A stretch of DNA of 52,843 bases, taken from the IMG/VR virus record IMGVR_UViG_3300045789_000414, positions 1 to 52,843 of that record, one strand, 5' to 3'. Origin of the DNA: a virus. Lineage: Duplodnaviria > Caudoviricetes. The notes under the pieces were generated by a model. That model searched no databases. It saw only the letters and a list, made by a program, of their open reading frames with translations, and was not told the origin of the DNA. The position numbers and the translations under genes were made by a program. Of this stretch, positions 17,046 through 27,532 are shown piece after piece (the first letter of the stretch is position 1; each line of letters starts with the position of its first letter).

Positions 17046-18152
17046 ATGGATGAAGAAGCTATCAAGGACGATAAAGCCCAAGACGTTTCTAATGACAACC
17101 AAATAGATCAAGAGACTGGTTCATTAGACGTTACGGAAGAGAAACCAGTTGTTCGGCTATCTAAGCGGGAACAAAAGATGCAGGATATTGTTGCTAAGCG
17201 CCAAGAGCAATTAGATAACAATGATGGAGAGCCGGCGGTTGATCGTGAATTTCAGGCAGTTAATACTGGCGAGCATGAGGCGGTCGATCAGGAATTAGAG
17301 ACTGAGCATGAAAAAGCTGAGCCCAAAAAAGAAAAAATTAAATCGCCGTTCTATCTGAATGATAAAAACGAACTTGTCACCAAATTAAAGATAAACGGTG
17401 AAGAAGTTGAACGCACGTATGACCAGATAAAAGCCACCGCGCAAAAGAATGAATCAGCGGATATTCGGCTACAGAAGGCAAGCGAGCGAGAGCGCGCATT
17501 AAAAGATTACGAGTCAAAGCTAGTTAGAGAAGAACAACGAATTTTGGCTCTACAGAAAACTCCCAAGCCATCCAGTCAGGACGCAGGGAGCGAAGATAGC
17601 TCAGAGGCATTGAAAGAAGCCATCGAGAGTATCTATGACGGCGAGACAGAATCAGCGGTCGAGAAGCTAAAGAACATCATGCAAGGGCGGCAAGAGCCTA
17701 CCCTAGATATGAATGAGTTAGCTTCAATGGCTAAAGAAGAAGCATTGACCGTCTTACGTGAAGAGGCAAGGCAAAAAGAATACGCCGATTCACTAGCAAA
17801 GGGCACAAGCTGGATTAACGAGAATCATAGCGACATTATGGAGAACCCTACAATGAGAAGTATTGTAGATCAACAAACCGTTGTTATTATGCGCGAAAAT
17901 CCTAGCTTAAGCCCTGAAGAGGTGATCAAGCAAGCGACAGAGAAGGTTCTATCTATCACCAATAAAAAGGCTGATAGCCAAGAAGAAAGCTCAAGAGCAA
18001 GCGCTAAATCACAGCTTCAAAGTCACCCTAAGCGGCAGTCAGGTAAACGCTACAGCCCACCAAAAGAGCCTGTTATTGATAACAGTCCTGCGGCGGTTAT
18101 AGCGCGAGAAAAACAGCGGCGAGGAATGGTGGCTAAGAGACGCTCTGCTTAA
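17046..18152 (+). CDS. Capsid scaffolding protein
   Basis: Acidic/helical, KLKINGEEVE motif, immediately upstream of capsid. Confidence 0.75.
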   Translation: MDEEAIKDDKAQDVSNDNQIDQETGSLDVTEEKPVVRLSKREQKMQDIVAKRQEQLDNNDGEPAVDREFQAVNTGEHEAVDQELETEHEKAEPKKEKIKSPFYLNDKNELVTKLKINGEEVERTYDQIKATAQKNESADIRLQKASERERALKDYESKLVREEQRILALQKTPKPSSQDAGSEDSSEALKEAIESIYDGETESAVEKLKNIMQGRQEPTLDMNELASMAKEEALTVLREEARQKEYADSLAKGTSWINENHSDIMENPTMRSIVDQQTVVIMRENPSLSPEEVIKQATEKVLSITNKKADSQEESSRASAKSQLQSHPKRQSGKRYSPPKEPVIDNSPAAVIAREKQRRGMVAKRRSA

Positions 18153-18206
18153 TACATCAATGAAGGTGTAAGCAGTTATTTTAATATTAATAAAAAGGAT
18201 TTAATT

Positions 18207-19151
18207 ATGGCTGGACAATTATGGCAAGCAGCGAACGGGTACATGGCGACCCCGACGTTATCGGCGAAGTTGCGGAATGATCTGCAACCAATAACAAGGT
18301 TTACTCAATTTTGTGATATTGAGGAAGCAATCGGCAAGAATCAAGGTGAAGAGTACACATGGAACGTCTACAGCGATATTGAGGACGCAGACGGTGATCT
18401 TGAGGGAATCCCTGAGAACATAAAAATGCCCGAAGGCAGTTACAGTGTTACCCAAGGCTCGTTAACAATGAGGGAGTTTGGTAAATCAGTTCCTTACTCT
18501 GGAATATATGATGATTTATCTGAGCACCCTGTTACTGAGATTGTAAATAAGTCGCTAAAGAACCACGCAGCTAGAACGCTTGATCGCGTGGCTCATGCAG
18601 CATTCGACTCTACTATCTTAAGAATGACATCAACCTCAGCGACAGCGGCAACATTGACTGATAACGGTGTGGCTTCTGGTACGGCTACAAATGCTTTATC
18701 TAAAGCTCATATCAGAGATATTGCGGTAACAATGGAAGAGCGAAACATTCCTACATTTGATGGCGAGGATTACATTGCTATCATGCGGCCTGGTACTTTT
18801 GAGCCTATTGGTCTTGAGCTTGAAGCTGTAAATCAATATACAGATTCAGGCTGGGGGCAAATCATTAATGGCGAAAAAGGTCGTTATAACGGTATGCGCT
18901 TTGTTACTCAAACCAATATTGCTTCTGAGGGTTGGTCAAATACTGACGCGGCATATTTTTTTGGAAGTGATACCGTAACTGAGGCAGTTGCTAATCCATT
19001 AGAGTTACGCGGTAAGATTGCTGACGATTATGGTCGCGGTAAAGGTATTGCTTGGTATTACCTAGGTAATTTCGGTATTACCCATGCTGACCAAACCAAC
19101 GCACAAACTAAAGCTCAGGCCCGTATTATCAAATGGGATTCAGCCTCGTAA
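18207..19151 (+). CDS. Major capsid protein (N4-gp56-like family)
   Basis: 314 aa; GE.GRY.G.RFV, DYGR.KGIAWY motifs; position. Confidence 0.88.
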   Translation: MAGQLWQAANGYMATPTLSAKLRNDLQPITRFTQFCDIEEAIGKNQGEEYTWNVYSDIEDADGDLEGIPENIKMPEGSYSVTQGSLTMREFGKSVPYSGIYDDLSEHPVTEIVNKSLKNHAARTLDRVAHAAFDSTILRMTSTSATAATLTDNGVASGTATNALSKAHIRDIAVTMEERNIPTFDGEDYIAIMRPGTFEPIGLELEAVNQYTDSGWGQIINGEKGRYNGMRFVTQTNIASEGWSNTDAAYFFGSDTVTEAVANPLELRGKIADDYGRGKGIAWYYLGNFGITHADQTNAQTKAQARIIKWDSAS

Positions 19152-19167
19152 ACTAAAGGAGAAAATT

Positions 19168-19527
19168 ATGAGTATTACTAATCCAACAGACGTAGCATAT
19201 AGATTCCCTGCTGCCACATTATCAACGGCTGGCGTCATCGGTCGTATTCAAGCGCCATCTGGGATGAAAGGTGTTGTCGTTGATGTTTCATGCGTAACAA
19301 CCACTGCGACTACTGTGGCAGCTTGCACAGTAGACGTGGGGACTTCTGCTGACCCTGATGCTTACGGTGTTCAAACGATTCCTGTTACGGCTGTTAATCT
19401 AGGGGTAAATGGTTTTGATGATGTATTTAACCATGAAATCCCTGAAGGCACATTGGTGGAAGTATCTGCAAACGGCGAGTGTACGGCTGGCGCAGGTGAC
19501 ATCACTGTTATCATTAACTGGTATTAA
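19168..19527 (+). CDS. Putative capsid decoration/cement protein
   Basis: Beta-rich small protein after MCP; AAGGAG RBS before ATG 19168. Confidence 0.6.
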   Translation: MSITNPTDVAYRFPAATLSTAGVIGRIQAPSGMKGVVVDVSCVTTTATTVAACTVDVGTSADPDAYGVQTIPVTAVNLGVNGFDDVFNHEIPEGTLVEVSANGECTAGAGDITVIINWY

Positions 19528-19537
19528 GGAGAAAGAC

Positions 19538-19675
19538 ATGAGCTTAGAAGACGGAACATCAAGTAAGCAAAGCTTTGACCCTAAAGAATGCTCGCCAAAA
19601 GAAGGTGCCAAAACACAACGCCCTCTTGAAAACGGGTTTATTAAGGGTGACGGTAAAAAAGGCTCTAAGAAGTAG
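19538..19675 (+). CDS. Small hypothetical protein
   Basis: AAGGAG RBS, MSLEDGTSSK... Confidence 0.5.
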   Translation: MSLEDGTSSKQSFDPKECSPKEGAKTQRPLENGFIKGDGKKGSKK

Positions 19676-19683
19676 CCACGACG

Positions 19684-19715
19684 GAGAGGCGGCTAATGTC
19701 GCCTCTTCTATTATT
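19684..19715 (+). terminator. Putative intrinsic terminator after capsid genes
   Basis: GGAGAGGCGGC-TAAT-GTCGCCTCTTC followed by a weak T-rich tract. Confidence 0.45.
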
Positions 19716-19829
19716 GGAGATAATAAATGCGAAAGATATGCCTGCAAACACTAGGGTTAGATAACGAGCCCTTAGATGAGAAAGTATCGTTACAAGATGG
19801 GCTTTCAAGCCGTCGAGTAGTACGGGAAC

Positions 19830-20102
19830 ATGAGAAGCAAATACGCTTCAGTGAAAAAATCAATCGAAATGAAAGGAATGATAATGACCGTTCTGAATAA
19901 AGATAAAAACTTCATCACTCACATTGGCAAGCTCAAAGGCAATGTAAAATATGAGCAAGATGGTTATACATTCGACCCATCCGGAAAGTACCTAGGTAAA
20001 ATTGGAGGTAATAAACCTGCCGTAAAGAAACCCGCTAAACCTGCCATCAAATCAGCGCCTAAAGCACAGCCTAAGACAGCCACAGAGACGAAAGACGTTT
20101 AG
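19830..20102 (+). CDS. Hypothetical protein with K/A/P-rich tail (start probably near 19884)
   Basis: YEQDG..FD..G motif. Confidence 0.6.
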   Translation: MRSKYASVKKSIEMKGMIMTVLNKDKNFITHIGKLKGNVKYEQDGYTFDPSGKYLGKIGGNKPAVKKPAKPAIKSAPKAQPKTATETKDV

Positions 20103-20105
20103 CCT

Positions 20106-20768
20106 ATGAATCGCATACAACTCGTAAATTCGTTAAGCATTGAGGCTAGTATCGCAGGTAATGGGGTGACTACAACAAATAGTCAGTCCGGTGAGAACCA
20201 AAGGCTTGTTAGCTGGATAGATCAGGCTTATGAGGATATTCAGACCGAGTATGCAGACTGGAAGTTCTTGAAGGCTAAATCGTCATTTACTACGCAAGTC
20301 GGTGTTAATATTATTCAGCCAGCGGATGACCTTAACGTTTGGGACATCGAGAGGATTTTCGGCCCTAATGGTGAGCCGATGCCCGTGGAAATATTTGAGG
20401 AAGTGGATTATTTCATCGACGAAACGATTACGGGTGAGCCGACGAAGTTTATATTGCAGGACGATAATACCTTAATGGCCTACCCCAAGCCAGAAACAGT
20501 TAAGACGTTCACATACTCTTACTTTAAGTCACCCCACATAATGACTGCTGATACCGACACGCCTGCTTTCCCTGCTCAGTTTCACAGGGCTATTGTTGGT
20601 AGAGCGTTGATATATTATGGTAATTTTGAGTTAGCACCCGAAATGATACAACAAGGAACGTTTATCTATCAGAGCGTATATCATAAATTACTAGCCAATC
20701 AAGCATGCGGTGAACGTAGGCTGTACGAACTTTCCGCTTCGCCTGAGATTACGGTTGTCGCTCAATGA
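20106..20768 (+). CDS. Head-tail adaptor protein
   Basis: WI..AY.DIQ...W.FL; YP.P...Y; DTP.FP..FH.AIV..AL. Confidence 0.75.
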   Translation: MNRIQLVNSLSIEASIAGNGVTTTNSQSGENQRLVSWIDQAYEDIQTEYADWKFLKAKSSFTTQVGVNIIQPADDLNVWDIERIFGPNGEPMPVEIFEEVDYFIDETITGEPTKFILQDDNTLMAYPKPETVKTFTYSYFKSPHIMTADTDTPAFPAQFHRAIVGRALIYYGNFELAPEMIQQGTFIYQSVYHKLLANQACGERRLYELSASPEITVVAQ

Positions 20769-22822
20769 ATCTGCCTAGCGTCAAAACAAAGACAATTAGG
20801 CTGGAAGGAGGGTTGGACTTAGAGACTCCGCCCATCTCAATGAAAGAGGGTTTTGCATTAGAGGCTAATAATATCGAATGCAACCTGAACGGCGGCTATA
20901 GGAAGATGACTGGGTATGAGAGACTGGATGGTCGAGAAAAGCCATCTGACGCTGTTATGCACACTATTCTTGTAGATGACGCTAGTCTTGAAAGTGCTGA
21001 TACTGATATCACAGGAAGCTTGTCTGGCGCTACCGCTAGAGTTATCGCTATTGACACAGATGAGAACTTAATCGGCGTTACTGCATTGATTGGGGACTTT
21101 GTTGAAAATGACGTGCTAGACGGCGGCGCTACAGTTCAGGAGGCGCAATCGCCATACGGTCATACAGATGTGGAGACAAATTACGATTGGTCCTATCTCG
21201 CGCAAGAGTATTACCGGAGCTTGATACAACCAGTCCCTGGATCAGGTGATGTGTTAGGTGTTTGGGAATACAACGATAATATCTACGCCTTTAGAAGTGA
21301 TGCCTCGGTAGTAAAGATGTATTGCTCATCGCCCACCGGATGGCAAGAGGTTGAGCTATTTAGCACGATGACATTTGATACAGGCGTGTTGTCTGAGGGT
21401 GATATTGTTGCTGGCGACACTATTACTGGATTATCAAGCAGCGCGACGGCAACAGTAAAGAACATCATTGTCACGGACGGGAATTACGGCTCAACTGCTG
21501 AAGGTTATGTTGTTATTGACGTCACTGGCGGCGCTTTTACATCAGGTGAAAGCATACAAAAAGGTGGAGTCACGAAGTTTACCTCTACTTCAGTCGACAC
21601 AGAGATAAGCTTTAGCTTGGGCGTTAATAAGTTTGAGTTTGTAAATTATAACTTTAAGGGCAGTGAGTCGAGTTATGCGATGTACGGTTGTGACTCAACG
21701 AATAACGCTTTTCAGTTCGATGGTACGGTATTAACGCCTATATACACGGGAATGACCATTGATGCGCCAACACATATTGAAGCGCATAAGAACCATTTGT
21801 TTCTTTCGTTTGACGGCGGCTCATTGCAGCACTCATCTGTTGCTGAACCTCTAAAATGGTCGGTAATATTAGGCGCAGGCGAGATAGGGCTTGGGCGCGA
21901 AATTAAAAGCCTGAAGTCAATGGGCGGTGATGTCCTGTTAATATCGACAGATCAAAATGTGAGTGGCTTATACGGCACTTCATCTGCAAATTGGACGTTA
22001 TCACTTGTGGCTGCAGAGACTGGCGATCTAGGAAGTACGCTCGAGATAATCGGCACACCTTTGATCGTCACCAACAGAGGAATTATAAGGCTTGATGCTA
22101 GTTTAAAGTATGGCAACTTTGAGAGCTCCACAGTATCAAGGCGCATTAATCCGCTACTTAGGGAGTATCTAGCCAGTAAGACGCTAGTTGGTATTAATCT
22201 AGTCAGGAATAAGAATCAGTATCGAATATATTTTGATGATGGGAAGGGCATTATTCTCTCTCAAGACTTGCTTTATGGGCAAGGCGCACTACCTAACTTT
22301 ACTACATTTGAATATCCAGCTTTCCCAAGGTGCTTATCAAGCACAATCAATCAACAAGGGAAAGAGGTTGTGTTATTTGGCGATAGCAATGGATATGTCT
22401 ATCAAGAAGAAAAGGGTAATAACTTCGATGGCGAAGCAGAAAGTTACTCGCTTAAACTGCCTTATCATCACCTTGGCTCGCCATTAGTTCGCAAAGCCTT
22501 TAAGTGGCTAAGTGTTGAAATAATAACCGACAAATCAGTTGAACTTAGAATGACATACGAATTCTCAGATGGTCAGTATCATACTAACACCAGCAAAGAG
22601 GAATCTTACGATATAACCATCGGTGACGCAGCTAGGTGGGACTTGGCTAAATGGGACGAGTTCGCATGGGGAAGCATATCTAACGAGAACTCAAATAAAA
22701 GCATTAGGGGTACAGGGACTAATATCTCATTGTTCTTTTTTGGCTCTGGATCAGACAACACGGACTTTACACTAGGAAGTATAACTTATCAGTACGTGCC
22801 AAGGAGAATACTCAGGGGTTAG
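20765..22822 (+). CDS. Tail nozzle/stabilisation protein
   Basis: 685 aa beta-rich; N-terminal GGL, C-terminal WD...WD...W; follows adaptor. Confidence 0.75.
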   Translation: MNLPSVKTKTIRLEGGLDLETPPISMKEGFALEANNIECNLNGGYRKMTGYERLDGREKPSDAVMHTILVDDASLESADTDITGSLSGATARVIAIDTDENLIGVTALIGDFVENDVLDGGATVQEAQSPYGHTDVETNYDWSYLAQEYYRSLIQPVPGSGDVLGVWEYNDNIYAFRSDASVVKMYCSSPTGWQEVELFSTMTFDTGVLSEGDIVAGDTITGLSSSATATVKNIIVTDGNYGSTAEGYVVIDVTGGAFTSGESIQKGGVTKFTSTSVDTEISFSLGVNKFEFVNYNFKGSESSYAMYGCDSTNNAFQFDGTVLTPIYTGMTIDAPTHIEAHKNHLFLSFDGGSLQHSSVAEPLKWSVILGAGEIGLGREIKSLKSMGGDVLLISTDQNVSGLYGTSSANWTLSLVAAETGDLGSTLEIIGTPLIVTNRGIIRLDASLKYGNFESSTVSRRINPLLREYLASKTLVGINLVRNKNQYRIYFDDGKGIILSQDLLYGQGALPNFTTFEYPAFPRCLSSTINQQGKEVVLFGDSNGYVYQEEKGNNFDGEAESYSLKLPYHHLGSPLVRKAFKWLSVEIITDKSVELRMTYEFSDGQYHTNTSKEESYDITIGDAARWDLAKWDEFAWGSISNENSNKSIRGTGTNISLFFFGSGSDNTDFTLGSITYQYVPRRILRG

Positions 22823-22888
22823 TAAACAGCTTAAAATCACTAATAAGCGGTATCATTACATCAATAAACACCAAGGACGGTAACGTAA

Positions 22889-24352
22889 ATGGCAAATAAT
22901 TATTACGAAAGAACATTTGCTTTCGCTTCAAGAACAACAGCAAGGGGCTCGGAGGTTAAAGCAGAGTTTGATGGCATTGTTGCAGGAATGGCCGCAATAG
23001 AGTCAGACACGAATAGATCAATAAAGATGCCCGCAGGCACATCTGTTGACCTGCCTGTTATCGCAGCGGACAGGGCTTTAACAGTTATCGGTTTTGACTC
23101 TAACGGTGACGTTGAGGTTCAGGCTGGTATTGGCGCGTTTCAAGGTGACTGGGCTACAGGAACTGACTATTTGGTTCGAGATATCATGTTAGATGCTGGC
23201 GGTGAGCTGGGCCTTAATAACGTTTATATCTGTAACGTTGCTCACACGAGTTCAGCAAGCTTGGCAACTGACTCGGCAAATTGGGATTTAATGATTGACG
23301 TTACGGATGTTAAGGCGTCAGAAGTAGCGGCAGCGGCAAGTGCAGCGGCGGCTTTAGTCAGTGAGGGATTAGCTGATGCAGACGCAACACAAACAGCGGC
23401 AGATAGAGTTCAAACAGGGTTAGACGTGTTAGCTACAGCGGCAAATCTAGCTGCCACAAACCAAGACGCAATTGATACAGCGGCAAATCTAGCGGCTACT
23501 AATCAAGATGCAATCGACACGGCAGCCGATGTTGTTACGACTAATGCCAATGTTGCTCTAACGGGTGCAGATGTAACGAGCGCAGAGAACGCTAAGGTAG
23601 CAGCAGAGGCGGCACAAACAGCGGCAGAGTTAGCATTAGATAGCTTCGATGACAGATACCTTGGCGCAAAGGCTTCAGAGCCTACACTTGATAATGACTC
23701 TAACGCATTGCTTGATGGCGCGTTATTCTGGGACACGACAGTTAATGCCCTGAAGGTTTATGACCTTGGCGGTACTTCTTGGGCTTTAATCTCGAACCCG
23801 ACTAAGGCGAGTATTGACGCGCTAGGTGTTGATGCTGATACTTTAGATGGACAACACGCTTCTGCTTTTGAGCCTGCTGATGGAACTATTCTGAAAGATG
23901 CTGATATAGGTTCAACTATACAAGCTTATGATGCAACAATCTTAAAGTCTGCAAATATTGGTAGCACTGTTCAAGGATATGATGTTAATACAGCAAAGGT
24001 TGATGTAGCCGATGATTGGACAGCAACACAGAGTTATAACCCTGTCACGTTAACCGATGCTGCAACTATTAACTGGAACATGGCAGCGAGTCCTTCGGCT
24101 ATTGTTTCGTTGTCTGCTAATAGAACGATGGGTAATCCAACAAATATTAAGGCAGGAAACTGGTACACATTAAGAATTTTTCATTCCGGAGCACCTAGAA
24201 CATTGGCGTGGGGTAGTTACTGGAAATTTGGTGGAAATGGTGCTCCTGAACTGAGTACACTAGCTAACGACTATGATGTGTTAACTTTCTATGCTCACGG
24301 TACAGCAGCTTTATCGTTTGTCGGTATAGCTAAAAACATAGCGGCGGTGTAA
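22889..24352 (+). CDS. Tail fibre protein
   Basis: Ala-rich shaft, DSFDDRYLGAK...DND.NAL..GAL.W motif, DADTLDG, C-terminal fibre domain. Confidence 0.85.
   Translation: MANNYYERTFAFASRTTARGSEVKAEFDGIVAGMAAIESDTNRSIKMPAGTSVDLPVIAADRALTVIGFDSNGDVEVQAGIGAFQGDWATGTDYLVRDIMLDAGGELGLNNVYICNVAHTSSASLATDSANWDLMIDVTDVKASEVAAAASAAAALVSEGLADADATQTAADRVQTGLDVLATAANLAATNQDAIDTAANLAATNQDAIDTAADVVTTNANVALTGADVTSAENAKVAAEAAQTAAELALDSFDDRYLGAKASEPTLDNDSNALLDGALFWDTTVNALKVYDLGGTSWALISNPTKASIDALGVDADTLDGQHASAFEPADGTILKDADIGSTIQAYDATILKSANIGSTVQGYDVNTAKVDVADDWTATQSYNPVTLTDAATINWNMAASPSAIVSLSANRTMGNPTNIKAGNWYTLRIFHSGAPRTLAWGSYWKFGGNGAPELSTLANDYDVLTFYAHGTAALSFVGIAKNIAAV
23435..23518 (+). repeat. Intragenic 42-bp tandem duplication (TAANLAATNQDAID x2)
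   Basis: Identical peptide with synonymous nucleotide differences. Confidence 0.85.
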
Positions 24353-24354
24353 TT

Positions 24355-25074
24355 ATGAGTGTATTTAGTTGTGGTGTGCAGGGTAGTGGACAAGTATTAC
24401 CTATTGAACTCACTCAATTCCAGAACGATAACGCTAATACAAGTGCAAACATAACTGTAAATTATAACGCCACAGGTAGCAACAGGTTTATGATTGCGAT
24501 TGTTGCGGTTCGTGACGCAGCCGTAGCAAGCACTAGCACAGTGACTTTTAATGGTGTTGCAGGCACAAGAATACAGTCAGCAAGTTCAGATTCTGGCGTT
24601 GCAACTAGTGGTGTATTGGTGTACTGGACAGAGAGTCAACTACCCTCTGTAACAGGGAATTATGCTTTAGATCATAATTTTGGTGGCTCTCCAGATGAAA
24701 GTCTCTGCGCTTCGTGGCAGTTCCAGAACGTCAACCAAACTACCCCCTTAAATCATAGCAACAAAAACAGCGGTACTCAGTGGTTGCATGGTGCTTCTAA
24801 GTCTATTACTAACTCAGGTGAGTTAGGAGACTTTTCTATCTGTGGTTTTGCAGGAAACGATGATGATGCAGGATATGCTGCAAATGAAATGTCATTACCT
24901 GCGGCTTTAACTGAAAAGTATGATAATGTCCACCCTTCTCAAAACAGATTCTTGCATGTAGGTGGTGATGAAGAAGAAAAGGCTACGGGTGCAGTAACTT
25001 ATACATGGATTAACCAGACCAATCAAGGTATAGACAGTTGGGTTATGTTCTGTGCCGCGATAAACCAAAATTAG
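24355..25074 (+). CDS. Putative fibre tip/receptor-binding protein
   Basis: Beta-rich, follows fibre. Confidence 0.55.
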   Translation: MSVFSCGVQGSGQVLPIELTQFQNDNANTSANITVNYNATGSNRFMIAIVAVRDAAVASTSTVTFNGVAGTRIQSASSDSGVATSGVLVYWTESQLPSVTGNYALDHNFGGSPDESLCASWQFQNVNQTTPLNHSNKNSGTQWLHGASKSITNSGELGDFSICGFAGNDDDAGYAANEMSLPAALTEKYDNVHPSQNRFLHVGGDEEEKATGAVTYTWINQTNQGIDSWVMFCAAINQN

Positions 25075-25084
25075 AAGGTGGCGT

Positions 25085-25603
25085 ATGAAAGCACATAAAA
25101 CAGAATTAAAAGCATATAACAATTTTCCAAAATCATTCGTAGGCGATGATGGAATAACCTACCCTCGTAAATGGTTAGAGGATCTAGATACAGCAGGTCA
25201 AGAGGCTCTGGGCTGGTATGAGGTGGTTGATAATACAATTACGCTAGGTGCTAATGAACGTGCAGTCAAATCACCTTTAGTGTTCACAGGTACAAGTATT
25301 GAACAAAACTACACTACGGAAGCCTTTTCTGCTGAAGAAATTGCCTATAACGCTAAATTACTTAAAGAAGAAACTAGAGCTGCTGGTATGAACGCTTTGA
25401 CGGTAACTACGTCTTCAGGTAAAGAATTCGATGGGGATGAAATATCTCAAAGTAGAATGGCTAGAGCGGTATCATTCAGTCAACCGCTAGACACGACTCA
25501 ATGGATACTGGCTGATAACTCCGTGGCTACTGTTACTCGGGAAGAATTAATAGAAGCTGGTTTATTAGCAGGACAAGCACAGACAGCTCTTTGGACAACT
25601 TAA
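25085..25603 (+). CDS. Tail fibre assembly-like protein (DUF4376-like)
   Basis: FDGDE.SQ.RMARA...W.LADN...V...EL.EA. Confidence 0.75.
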   Translation: MKAHKTELKAYNNFPKSFVGDDGITYPRKWLEDLDTAGQEALGWYEVVDNTITLGANERAVKSPLVFTGTSIEQNYTTEAFSAEEIAYNAKLLKEETRAAGMNALTVTTSSGKEFDGDEISQSRMARAVSFSQPLDTTQWILADNSVATVTREELIEAGLLAGQAQTALWTT

Positions 25604-25604
25604 T

Positions 25605-26192
25605 ATGATAACAATTTTATACATAATCTTAGCATACCTAATAATCACATTTGGATTAGTTGGTATTGGTTTATTCTTTAAGAAAGACTTAGGATATAAA
25701 ACATTTAAAGATGGAACAGTAATCCAAAACTATGAATTACCCGACTGGTTAAAGTGGTTACAAAATCCTGAAGATAACTTAACAGGTGATAAGCGTGGTT
25801 GGTATTGGAATATCTATATGGCAGGTCGCCCTGCTTGGTGGAAGATGTTGATATGGTCTGCTTGGAGAAATCCTTGGAACTGGTTAAAACGAATAGGCAC
25901 TGGGTGTGATGTTAGAACTCACACTATCACAAAGTTATGCGGTGATGATTATGTGCGCGATGACTTCGATAACCAAGGCTTTCAAATCTTACTAGCTAAA
26001 CCAGAGAAAGGTATTACTAAACCTGCTTTATATTGGGTAAGACGTTGGGGACAATCTGATAGAGGGATTGTTGTCCAATTAGGATGGAAAATTAAGTTAG
26101 AACATAACGGAGTTATCTATTCTGAAGAGGATAAATATGACTACTATAAAGGTTGGACGATAGAAATACAGCCAGCAAAGGATATATCATGA
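25605..26192 (+). CDS. Membrane-anchored phage protein
   Basis: N-terminal TM; LP.WL.W...DN...GD; W.WRNP. Confidence 0.7.
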   Translation: MITILYIILAYLIITFGLVGIGLFFKKDLGYKTFKDGTVIQNYELPDWLKWLQNPEDNLTGDKRGWYWNIYMAGRPAWWKMLIWSAWRNPWNWLKRIGTGCDVRTHTITKLCGDDYVRDDFDNQGFQILLAKPEKGITKPALYWVRRWGQSDRGIVVQLGWKIKLEHNGVIYSEEDKYDYYKGWTIEIQPAKDIS

Positions 26193-26485
26193 GTTTAGGC
26201 AATAAACAAAGAGAGTTTACTCGTAAGGTGGCAGATTTAATAATCTTCGCCTATGATAACGGATATGAGCTATCTTTTGGAGACGCTGCTAGGATGGACT
26301 TTAAAGGACATAAAGACGGATCTTTCCATTATAAAAGACTGGCAATAGACCTTAACCTATTCAAAGATGGAAAGTACTTATCAAAGACTTCTGACCATGA
26401 GCTTTTAGGAAGATATTGGGAATCAATAGGTGGCACATGGGGTGGAAGATTTAATGACGGTAATCATTACTCTTGGGGTGAATAA
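26189..26485 (+). CDS. Endolysin, peptidase M15 family
   Basis: SFH..RLAIDLNLF, WGGRF.DGNHYS. Confidence 0.88.
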   Translation: MSLGNKQREFTRKVADLIIFAYDNGYELSFGDAARMDFKGHKDGSFHYKRLAIDLNLFKDGKYLSKTSDHELLGRYWESIGGTWGGRFNDGNHYSWGE

Positions 26486-26571
26486 TGGGTATATTCTCAA
26501 AACTACTAGGTTCAGACAAAGTCATTGATGCAACGCAGGACGATATTGATAGCATCGTTGTTGCTTTTTAG
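26485..26571 (+). pseudogene. Possible truncated holin remnant (MGIFSKLLGSDKVID...)
   Basis: 28-aa ORF coupled to endolysin stop, resembling N-termini of GTA-type holins. Confidence 0.35.
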
Positions 26572-26641
26572 GGAATTTACATGACAGGTAATCTTTTATA
26601 GAAAAATAAGTTAAATCAACCCAGTAACACAAGGAATAGAC

Positions 26642-27532
26642 ATGGGATTATTAGATACAGCAGTAGCGCCGACCATAGACACGTATGAGCAAACACCCGT
26701 TCAAAGCACCTCAGTGGGATATGACGCAGCGCAACTAGATCAGCCAGCAACGACGACAGCTAATACATACGATGCGGCGCAAGCAAGCGCGGCGACCTAT
26801 GACCCTGCTATGGTTGAAGATAACTTAGCTGGATTGCTTGATCGAGACAGCGACTACATGAAAGTGAATACTACTAAGGCGCTTCAGGCGTCGAACAACA
26901 GGGGGCTATCTAATAGCTCTATGGCAGTAGGCGCAGGCCAACTAGCGGCGATTGAATCAGCCTTACCAATTGCAACTCAAGACGCGGCAGCAACGAACCA
27001 AGCAGGGCAATGGAACTCTAACGCATTAAATCAGGTGGAGCTAGCGAACCAAGCGGCTGATAACAGGGCGAGCCTTGATAACGCGACTTTCTTGAACACG
27101 TCCGATCAGTTCAATGCCACAGCTCAAAATCAAGCAGATCAATTAAACCAACAAGCTACCAATCAGGCCAATCAATATAACGCGACAGTTGAGAATGAAT
27201 TCGCGTTGAATAATATGGATGCGTTAAACCAAGCAGCCAGAGACTTCACAAGCGCGAATAACGAGGCTTCTTTGCAAAATGCAGAGAACAACATGAGAAT
27301 ATTATTAGCCAACGCCCAAGACTCGCTATCAACGTATTCTACTGATATACAACGCAAGACAGCCTTAGATCAAATTGCATCCACCTTGGTGCAATCAGGT
27401 GTATCTAACGGCATTTTTGCGACGAGTGATGGTGCAGCAAATTGGTTAAGCATGATAGGTGATCTTTATCCTGACATGGGCTTATCTGTCACCTCACAGC
27501 TTTCTAGTCAAGCCGCCGATTCGGTGGTTTAA
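26642..27532 (+). CDS. Internal virion/DNA ejection protein
   Basis: MGLLD start, N/Q/A-rich repeats, RGL.NSSMAVGA...A.PIA.QDA. Confidence 0.7.
   Translation: MGLLDTAVAPTIDTYEQTPVQSTSVGYDAAQLDQPATTTANTYDAAQASAATYDPAMVEDNLAGLLDRDSDYMKVNTTKALQASNNRGLSNSSMAVGAGQLAAIESALPIATQDAAATNQAGQWNSNALNQVELANQAADNRASLDNATFLNTSDQFNATAQNQADQLNQQATNQANQYNATVENEFALNNMDALNQAARDFTSANNEASLQNAENNMRILLANAQDSLSTYSTDIQRKTALDQIASTLVQSGVSNGIFATSDGAANWLSMIGDLYPDMGLSVTSQLSSQAADSVV

Noticed and set aside
22889-25074. Diversity-generating retroelement acting on the tail fibre
   Set aside because: No reverse transcriptase and no template/variable repeat pair seen; the 42-bp repeat is a simple in-frame duplication.
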